Shown piece after piece: positions 9,714 through 20,000 of a stretch of 20,000 nucleotides of DNA. The DNA is from Atractiella rhizophila (lineage: Eukaryota). The notes below the pieces were generated by a model, which did no database searches, had not been told where the DNA came from, and worked only from the letters and a program-made list of their open reading frames with translations. Where the stretch lies: assembly GCA_021432655.1 (NCBI GenBank), contig MU271414.1, positions 49,784 to 69,783 on the forward strand, in the 5' to 3' direction. Made by a program: the position numbers and the translations under genes. Within the stretch, counting starts at the first letter, position 1. Each line of letters starts with the position of its first letter.

Positions 9714-11424
9714 CTAATGAGAGAGAGCTCGATCGCGCGGAGGAGGCTCGTACGTCCTAGGACGCCCATCGGCGTCTCTATAACTATGAGAATGTCTCTC
9801 CATTAAATCCTTCGCTGGCCCAAGTAACCTCGTAAACGCCTCCTTGTCCAAGACTGCAACCTTCAGCTTCGTCGTAGCCGTGACCGTTGCAGCTCTTGGG
9901 TTATCGTTGAGGAGTGCCAGTTCTATAGCACAAGAGAATGGGTACTCAGGATTGCAAACAGAAAGTGATGGATGACGGACCTCCAAAGTAATCTCCAACG
10001 GACAGCTCGTTAATCTTCACCCTCGAACCATCCTTCTCATCCACCACCTCTGCCACTCCGGCTTCCACGATATAGAATTCCTTTCCGACCTCCCCTTGAT
10101 TGATCACATTCGTTCCTTCAGGATAGATTCTACTCTCCAAAGCATCCGCAATCTTGGACAACTCATATCGTTCCACCTTTTGAAGGAGCGGCAGTTTTTC
10201 CAAAAAGCTTTCGTAACGAGTTCTCCGCATGTGAGTGTGAGCCATGATAGTGTAACGGAAGGTGATGCGATCTAGTTGCCAGACAGTGGAATCGACAGCT
10301 GCAACAATAGACGCAGCACGAGGAGAGTTATACATCAGTGCTAGCTCGCCGAACGATGTTCCAGGTCCCTGAATTCCTCGAAAGGTTGCGCCAGGAGTCG
10401 GTGCGGTGGTACGGGGAGAGACCTCGAGCGGTGGAGGGACATAGTTTGAGTCGCGTGGTTCAGCCTTCCAGATATCGAACTCTCCCGATTCGACGACGTA
10501 AAAATGATCCCCCTGATCCCCTTGAGTGATGATCGGTTGACCAGCGGCAACCTTGACTTCTTGCATGGCGTTCACGATATCGTCATATTGCTCATCCGAC
10601 ATTTCTTTGAAGAGCAAATTGGACGAAATGGCCTTTTGGATCCTCCTCAACTGGTCCGCTGTCTTGGGAATCACGATCTTCTCGACTGGAGGAGGGGCGT
10701 TGGGATCCATTGATTCGGCGGATACTGAGTGTCTTCTGCCCAAATAGACGTCTTTGGGGATATCGAGGTGGTTATGTGACCCTCCGTACCCATGATGCGT
10801 CATCGAATGCGGCCCAGAGGCATAATCCACCACTCCTCCTCCTACTTGTGCTGCGTCGACCACCGGCCGTTCTCCGGTTTCTGCAATCTTCCCATCCTCG
10901 TTAGGATGCGTGTTGCGGAAATGACGTGGTGAGAGATGACCGTTCGAGGAGGTACTAGAACCCGCAGACATGGAGTATCCCGACGCGAATAGAGACATGC
11001 TTGCTGGTGCAGGTTGGGATTGGCGTGGTTCTTGGGGAAACTGAGATTGTTGGGGAAGTGGTTTTAGAACGGAAGAAGGGGATATGTTCTTGTTTTGTTG
11101 TTGTGGCAAGCCGGTATTGGGCTGAGGTGGGAGGTAGACGCCGAACTCTCCAAACCCCGAATTTCTCGTCAAAGAAAAAGCACTTGCCTTTCCCGCTTTA
11201 GCTCCTGCAACACTAGCAGGTGTTGAATCCTGATCTTGAGAAGGAAAGCTGAAAGTAGTGGCCCTTTGAATCCTGAGGCAATCGCCCAACCAATCGTAGG
11301 CAAACTGGACCGCGTCTTGGGGTTTGTGTTGCTCGAATTCGCGCGAGAGTTCGTACAACAATCGCGCGCAATTGTCGGGAAGCTGAGAGGTGAACGAGGT
11401 CGTCGTCGTAGCGAGGGCGGTCAT
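9714..11424 (-). CDS. BCY1: cAMP-dependent protein kinase regulatory subunit (Bcy1/Pkr1/Ubc1 type), ~550 aa
   Basis: Exons 11424-9981 and 9922-9714, separated by intron 9980-9923 (GTCCGT...ATAG). It has an N-terminal docking/dimerisation-like segment ([24 protein letters not shown]), the inhibitor site [10 protein letters not shown], and two cNMP-binding cassettes, [15 protein letters not shown] and [15 protein letters not shown]. Confidence 0.96.
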
Positions 11425-11819
11425 GGAGAAGATGCTAGCTCTTTATGGGGATCTGAACCAATCTGAGCAACAGTCGACAAGGAAGATTCTGAACAAAGGG
11501 ACTACTTCGCGTGGCAAGTGCTAACCTTATCTAAGCCATCTCGCAGAGGAGAAATTTGTTTGTCGCCGATCACGTGATATATCTTTTGGTTTGGACTTGT
11601 GAAGTTGAAGCAACGTTGAAGCTCTAGAAAGCAGCGGCCCTGAGCAAACCAGGGCGAGTTTTGCCTCCAATATAAGTAGTATATAAATCTATTGCCATCT
11701 CCATATGCAGGCGAATGAAACAACAAGCAACAATTGCATCTACAACGATCCACTCAACAATTCGTCAAAGCCTATCTCTCTTCATGGTATCGCTAGTGAG
11801 AGGAAAGGGCAGCTAGCTC

Positions 11820-13253
11820 CTAGAAGGTGCTTGCACTGATCTCGAACACTCTCGCAACGCCATCTTCTCCCGCGGTTATCACCGCTCTTCCATCTCTGGT
11901 CCACTTCACATCATTGACGATGCTCTTGTTTCCGGTCAATGTCCCCTTCACAGTCCCAGTGCGCAGGTCCCAAATTTTGCATGTACCATCAGAAGAACCC
12001 GTGACAAATGTAAGATTGAAAAAATCAAGCGATGTCACTGCGTCCTATTTCATCCTCCGCATCAGCATTCCCTAGAGGGATGGATGAAGGAAGTTGAGAC
12101 AAACATCGTGCGTTCCTGTCGATCGAACCCTTCCTGTACTTAAGTCCCAAATGACGACCTTTCCATCCGTCGCCGCGCTCACAAACAGTTCTCCTCCGCC
12201 AACTCCTCCCCCACTTCCAGTGGCAGTACTCGCGAACCCGATAGCCTCCACACTTGATTCCTCCTCATGTCCCTCCAAAGCATTCAGGACTGTCCCATCA
12301 CCGACATTCACGATGCGCAAACCTCCTCCTTCTGCTCCTCCAACGATGGCTAACGTTCCCAATGGGTTGACCGTGAGTGATGTAATACCACCAGGAAGAG
12401 AAAAGCGTGCGTCTGATGGAAGGAGCTTGTGCACAGGGCTGCCGGTTTTGGGATCCCAGATTATCAGTGTCCCATCTTCTGAGGAGGAAATAAGAGTCTT
12501 TCCATCCCCTGTCCAGCGGAGGTTGGTAATTGGCGTGGAGTGAGACGAAAGAACGTGCATCGTTCGACCTGAGGGCACTGCAATTCCCACCGTCAAGAGG
12601 TCAATACGGTACAGCAAGCGTGAGTGGAAGACAGACGGTAAAACATAAATACTAAGCCATCATTGCCTCCCACAGCCAAGACAGAACCGACAGGATGCCA
12701 TGCTATACTCTGATATGAAATGAAAAGTTAGTATTTTGCAGGAGAAAGGACCATAACAGCGCACATTAACTTCCTCTGGTCCCTCAAGCTCAACGCAAAA
12801 CTCCCACTCCTGCCAACTCTCGTTCTTAGCTTTCCACACTCTCGTCTTTCCATCCATTCCTGCGGTCGCCACAAAGTTGCCATCATGGCTAAACCCTGAA
12901 GCGGTAACGCTATCTGTATGACCATCGAGCAGCTGCAGTTGCTCTCCTGTCTTTGAATCCCAGAGAAAGCCACGATCGTCTTCTCCCCCAGATACGACCA
13001 GCGACGATCCCGGATGCACAGACAAGGTGAAGATGGGTTTATTGTGTCCTCTGAACTGAATCGAGGAGATGTCAGGGTAATCGAACGCGTTCTCTCCTTC
13101 ATCATCTTCCTCCATTGGCTCCCCTCCTTCTCCTTCCTCTGGTCCATCGTACACCTCTAAAATATCCTCTGGATTCAACTCGCTGAAATCATCATCGTCG
13201 GAATCTCCAGTGTGCGCGTGCAACTGAGCAGGATTAGAAGCCCGATTCTGCAT
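11820..13253 (-). CDS. SQT1: WD40 ribosome-assembly chaperone Sqt1/AAMP-like, ~419 aa, 4 exons
   Basis: Exons 13253-12765, 12709-12637, 12577-12105 and 12044-11820 (1260 nt). An acidic N-terminus is followed by SIQFRGHNKPIF...VSGGEDDRGFLWD, GHTDSVTASGFSHDGNFVATAGMDGK, IAWHPVGSVLAVGGNDG and a final VITAGEDGVARVFE. Confidence 0.85.
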
Positions 13254-13510
13254 CTCCTTGTCTTGAATGTAGCTGATCTATTCAGAGGGCGTCGATTGTG
13301 TTTTGGAAGACCTGCAGGAATACCTGAGGAAAGATTTTATGGCTGGAGAAAACCAGACACACGAGACGCAGAAAAATCCCCCAGAACGCCCAGATCTAAA
13401 AGCTCACATATATTACAACAACAACACAACACAGACACGCCGAAAAAGCGCCCCAAAATACTCCGCCAAAAATAACACCCCCGAAAACCCAAGAAACCCC
13501 AATTGCAATT

Positions 13511-14468
13511 ATGGATTCAGCGGAGCAGAAGGAAGCGTTGTTTGCACTTTTGGATGAGGTTCGTCTTTGAGTCACCCCCAAGCGCAAAGCATCTGTTCAA
13601 ATGCTCACACGAAAATATAAATATGGTATGTATTTAAACGATGTAAACAGTACTTTGCTTCCCGCCCACATCTCTTTTCGCCTTCTGCACCCTCTCCAGA
13701 AGCGACAAAATCAGCCGCAAACGCCTTCGTCTCTCTCGCCTCCTCCAATCCCTCCCTCGTTTCCAAAGCCATCCACTCCCACAATCCCAACGACCCGCAC
13801 GCCGGAAAGAAAGCCGAGGTGGCCAACAAGGCTCTTGGATTCGCAGCGCGCAACCCGAGCATCGTCAACAAGGTCGTGGATGGAGCTAGGAGCCTGCCAC
13901 CGAAAGCTCCTGCACAAGCTGCTGAGACGCCTTCTCCTCCTCTTCCCCCACAAACTTCTTCGTACAATAGACCTTCCCCAGCGGTGTCACCACCGGCAGC
14001 GCCGACTCTCGCTGCTCCAACACCACCAGTCGCAAAGAGTCGCTTCACTCCTTCTGGATTGACGACCACAAAATCGATTGGATCTTTGGAAACAACGAGC
14101 GGCAGAGCGGTGGGTTTTCCTGTCTTCTCCTTCTCCTCAGACATCCCCACTAAATGTCCGCCTCCCAGGCATTTGGATCACTTTTCAAGAAAGATCCAGT
14201 CCCTCCAAAATCCTACGTTACCACTGCTCCGTCTGACACTCCCCTGCCGCCGCCTCCCGTTCGGCGTGGCACATCAACACCCTCTGCTGCCGCAGGGAAG
14301 AAGGTTGTCACGGCTCTATATGACTATGATTCTGGCGCAGACGAGGACCTGGTTTTTAAAGAGGGAGACAAGATCACAGTCACAGAGGAGGTCACGGCGG
14401 ATTGGTGGAAAGGTCAAGTTGAGGGAGGGAAAGAGGGTCTGTTCCCTACCAATTATGTACAAGGCTAG
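13511..14468 (+). CDS. Proline-rich protein with a C-terminal SH3 domain, ~268 aa, 3 exons
   Basis: Exons 13511-13558, 13651-14109 and 14169-14468 (807 nt). The N-terminus is MDSAEQKEALFALLDEYFASRP, the middle is PxxP-rich, and the SH3 reads VTALYDYDSGADEDLVFKEGDKITVTEEVTADWWKGQVEGGKEGLFPTNYV. Confidence 0.88.
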
Positions 14469-14580
14469 CGTTGGAGATGGCAAGGCGAAAAGGACGTGCG
14501 GCACATTGTAACATCACATAGCAAGTGTAAATTTTGCAAAGGACTATTTCTACGGTAGATCCTTCCGACCAAGACGTCCC

Positions 14581-15888
14581 TTACAACCCTTTCCGTTTCC
14601 TCTCCAAAAACTCCTTATAAGGTGGGTCAACAGGCGCTTGCACAGGCTCCTTTGGGACAGCATCTCGCTCCTCCTTATCCATCGGATAATTAGTATCAGA
14701 ATCCCAACCACTATAACAGCGTCTCGAATGTCGCTCTGTACAAAGGGAGAGAAGAACTAACGAGAGGTCTCCGCAGGCTACAAATCGGACGATACGTCTT
14801 GCTTCCTTCGTTCCGAAACGAGAAGCGGCTCCTGCGGCCGATGAAGAGGAAGATGACGCTGAAGAAGACCCTTCGTTGGCGTATCCAAATGAGAGCAATG
14901 GCTTCTCCAATGAGGGTGAAAAGCCTTCTGGTGGGCTATACCCAAGACAAACGACGAAAGCCTCTATTCCCATTCGGCATCAACGAATGAAACTCCACTT
15001 CCAATCCAAAGTGAAAAGAGGATATAATGAGGAGTTGGATGACGAACCCACACTCCCTCCCCTTGAACTTCTCGGCTTCGCTACCTCCACTCTCTCAAAA
15101 AAAGACAGCAGCTGATCGTACAGCAGCGTTGTGTCCTTCGCCCGGAAGATCTTGGCAACGAAGTTCCCTCCTTTTTGCAGGGTACAAAGGGTGATTTGAA
15201 GTGCAGATAGTAAAAGTTGGGATTGGATGTAAGCGTCGAGATCGTGCAGACCCGTTACTGTTACACGGTGATCATCTGATGTTTCGACGAGATGCTAAGG
15301 ACTTGTGCAACCTACCATCCGGTGCTCCGTCGCAGACAACCAGTTGGGCCTTGGAACCAGAGAAGTGGGAGATGATCGCTTCTGCCGTAGCAGGCGAAGT
15401 GATGTCTCCCTGAAGCTGTATGACGCCAGGTATCGGGGCCTAAATGATAGGATCCATAAATTTTCGCTCCTTTCGTGCTGTGAAGGCAAACCATCGGCTG
15501 GAGGTCAACAGCGACAATTTTCGCTCCGTCCCTTCCAATATCATCAGTTTCAATTGAAGATAGCTTAAAGTGAGAAAGAAAGGAACACACGGTAGCTTCT
15601 GACTCAAAACTTGACTCCAGCTCCCAGGTGCAGCACAGAGATCGACGACCCGCTCGACATCAGAGAAGAGGTCATACTGCTCGTCCAGATGGATCAACTA
15701 CCCAGCTCCATCTCGTCATCAAGTGGTTATGGAATGAGAAAGTAGGTACCTTGTACGCTGAGCGAGCCCGGTACCCTGATTTGAATATCAGCTTGTTACC
15801 CTTACGATTGAGAAAAGAGTTGGACCAGACCTTCCACTTTTCCCTTCCGATAATAGATGTCTCTGTTCAACGCAGAGTGCCTCCCCAT
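14581..15888 (-). CDS. TRM7: tRNA (cytidine32/guanosine34-2'-O)-methyltransferase Trm7 (FtsJ/RrmJ family), ~298 aa, 8 exons
   Basis: Exons 15888-15831, 15775-15750, 15697-15591, 15531-15492, 15439-15316, 15257-15048, 14963-14762 and 14710-14581 (897 nt). Motifs include [86 protein letters not shown] and [11 protein letters not shown]. Confidence 0.95.
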
Positions 15889-16112
15889 GCTTATTACTTA
15901 CACTGCTGGTTGTGTCTCCTATAAATCTTAGCAGAGTTCCAGTCCTCCAAGCTCCAAGGCAGGTTGACTGGTCGTGTCTTTCATCTGGTCCTCTGCCTTC
16001 CCGATTCATGCATAATCTCCTCTCGAGTCACGGTTGGCTTTAAATTTGCCATGCTCGATCTCGCCACTCTCCCAGCCTGATTCTCAATTTCTCACTCGAT
16101 CGACAAAGCGAA

Positions 16113-18097
16113 ATGGCCACCTTACCCGCTCGTCCAGACGCACTCGATCCCTCTCGCGATGTCTTCAAGGATTGGGATAAAGTGCCACTGTTCATGCAAT
16201 CCCTTCCTTCCGACTTAGACTCAAGCAGAAACGATGGAGAGAATGAGAATGGCGTTGGAAAGGACAATGTTGCATTAGAAGCTTTACAGAGTTTGATGTA
16301 CGAGGGTACTCCTGAAGGTAGGTATCTCATCGCTAAGCTCAGACTGTAATACGAATCGTGAGAGCTCAAAGGCTGACATACGGTTGAGAGACGGCACAGT
16401 CCTTGAAGGAGACAGCGAACGAATATTTTCGCGGAAAAGAGTATCGAAAGGCGCTTTCGTTCTACGAGCAGGCACTCAGGGAATTAGGCAAGGATTTGAG
16501 CTTGGAGACGAAGAGAACGTTGTGGGCTAACAAGGCGGCTTGTAACCTTGAACTGCGTAAGTCTCTTCCTTTCTATTCTTCATATGCCTTCGACTTTGTG
16601 AGCCTAGGCTATATTCCCTCTGATGACAATTTGGACTCCTTCCTTGTCCTTCGAGTGAGACTGAGACAGAGCCGCTTTGCCCATGACTTTGGTGCCAGGA
16701 TGTCGTGCCTCCAGAACAAAGCATGACATGAGCGAGTTAGTTCAATCCGTCACTGATGCGCAATGTCGCGTCATATTGGCATACGTTGGAATAACCGAAC
16801 GTCCAAGATTGGGCCTGGTGTAGACGGATAGCGGCTAGATTTTGGCTTCCTTTTTAAAAAACAAAAGTCAACTCTTGTGACCTATTTTATTAGAAAGCGA
16901 AGTGGATGATCGTAGTTGACTCAATTATGCCTCTCCATTGTCACATGTTTCCGTGGTTTCTAGAGATATGAACATAGGTCGCTTATTGTCAGCTTTGCGA
17001 TTGGTTGCTGATGTAGCGACATGGAAAGGAGTCGGTTGTGCTGACAGGGATGCTTTCCTTAAGGACACTCTTAAGCTGCGAGTGACGAATGAGAAGTCTC
17101 AGTCTCCAACTTACATGAATTTGGTTGGAGAAATCGGATAGGGACATATTTTTGATCAGACAAAGTCTATGTCCGGACTTATGACTAAATTCAACACATT
17201 CTTGTTAAAGGGTGTATTTTACTCCGCAGTAACACTGTCGAACTGGGCTAGTCGCTCAGCCAACCCTCTGATATCGACACTGTACAGTCACTAATCTTGT
17301 TCATCGCCAGAAAACTACGGTTCCACTCTCAGAGATTGCGCTCTCATCATGACTCCTCCCTCAGTCGAGGACTCCACGACCCTTAAAGCGCTGTACCGCT
17401 CCTCCGTCGCCCTATTCAAGCTTGAAAAGTTCGAGGAGTCCCTAGATTGCATTGAGCGATGGATGCAGCTCAACTCACGGATAGGGGGAGGCAGCGCAAA
17501 CCCACTGATAAAGAAGCTAAGAGCGGATGTAGAAGGACAATGGCAGAAGAAGCTGGACTATGTGGAAAGCGTGGAACGGAAGCGACGGGAAGACGAAGAG
17601 TCTAAAGTTGTATTATTGAAAGAATTGAAGGTCTGTCCGTTTCTTTCTTCTTATGAGCACATGTTCAACCAAACACCCAGAGCCGCCGTCTCCTCCTACC
17701 CAAAAATTTTGATCCCTCCTTCATCTCCTGTCCCTCCGACGTCCCTCCACCATCCTACTCTCCAACAGAAGGAGGCATCTCTTACCCAGTCTTCTTACTT
17801 TCTCCCTTCTCCACTCCACCCACACGCGACCTCATTGTCTCATTCTCCGAGCAGGCAACTTTCGCAGATGCCCTCCCACAGGATGTATTGGAGCAATGTG
17901 GTATTTTCGCTGTGACAAAGAAAGGAAGGATTTTGAAGATGGGCAAGAAGATTGTGTTAGCCAAGCTGATCGATGGATGCTGGAAAGATGCGGAGAAGGA
18001 TGGTCTGGAACTCAAGGATGGATGGTGTCTTGAGTTTTATCTGATACAGAAGGGAAGAGAGAAAGAGTGGAGTGAGGAGATGAGGAAGAATTTGTAG
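16113..18097 (+). CDS. CNS1: Hsp70/Hsp90 TPR co-chaperone Cns1/TTC4, ~369 aa, 4 exons
   Basis: Exons 16113-16317, 16389-16556, 17311-17630 and 17681-18097 (1110 nt). Motifs include DKVPLFMQSLP and LEALQSLMYEGTPEETAQSLKETANEYF, the TPR segment NKAACNLELQNYGSTLRDC...KALYRS, and the wheel-domain-like YPVFLLSP...DLIVSFSE. Confidence 0.92.
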
Positions 18098-18520
18098 ACA
18101 CTTTGCCAGTGGCTTGTTGTACCCTTCAATTTGGAAAGCTGAACCCACTTCCCACAAGGCACCATGCATTATTAGTTGGATGTAATAAGCATAATTATTC
18201 TACTTTTAAACTTCTTCGTGGTCCAACTATACTGCATATCGTACAACTCCTCTCTTTTCATCCCACCCAAAAAAGGATGCAAAGACAGGTCATCTCATCG
18301 TAACAGGCACACGAATGCTGCTAGTGAAAAGTAAATCTACTAAAAGGTGATAACGTTTGATCTGAGCGGTGAATGCGAAGTTGCGAATCGAAACAAATGA
18401 TAAAGGGAAGAAAAAAGGACCAGAGGTTACCGCGGCGGTATTCCGGCTCATTTCTTCTTTTATAGTAAAAGGGGTGGTGCGTGGTATCGATGAATGAAGA
18501 GGCGAGTGGGATGGAGGTCT

Positions 18521-20000
<1,480 letters not shown>

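Noticed and set aside
15788..16009. Upstream ORF or 5'-UTR intron of TRM7
   Set aside because: An acceptor-like GCTAAG...ATAG exists, but the only donor is a weak GTCAAC and the transcript start is unknown.
16620..17230. Hammerhead core (CTGATGA), group I intron-like words (GACTAAA, TCCGCAG) or a telomerase template in the CNS1 intron
   Set aside because: There is no stem II plus GAAA arrangement, the group I-like words are in the wrong order, and no telomeric template repeat is visible.
16616..17272. 9-bp direct repeat CCCTCTGAT (16616-16624 and 17264-17272) as a target-site duplication of an inserted element
   Set aside because: There are no terminal inverted repeats inside it, and about one 9-mer repeat is expected by chance in 750 nt. 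Worth revisiting only if an empty-site allele is found.

Overview
Gene-dense, intron-rich fungal nuclear DNA, inferred to be a basidiomycete from the style of its Cdt1-like, SH3 and Tim17-like proteins and its ~50-90 nt introns. Ten protein-coding genes could be spliced together by hand with consistent reading frames. In order they are an IPT1-type inositolphosphotransferase (+), an uncharacterised Tim17/22/23-like membrane protein (-), two head-to-tail copies of a Cdt1-like licensing factor (+), the PKA regulatory subunit (-), an SQT1/AAMP WD40 protein (-), an SH3 protein (+), TRM7 (-), CNS1/TTC4 (+) and the 3' part of mitochondrial Hsp70 SSC1 (-). Two things stand out. First, there is a 2321-bp tandem duplication of the Cdt1-like gene: the second copy carries only 24 nt of native upstream sequence yet is intact, and divergence between the copies is mosaic and mostly synonymous. 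Second, three outlier introns (378, 487 and 754 nt, versus 48-92 nt for all others) are all phase 1, all have consensus donors and are rich in complementary segments, making them candidate hosts of structured RNA elements. All calls come from manual reading; no database searches or folding programs were run.
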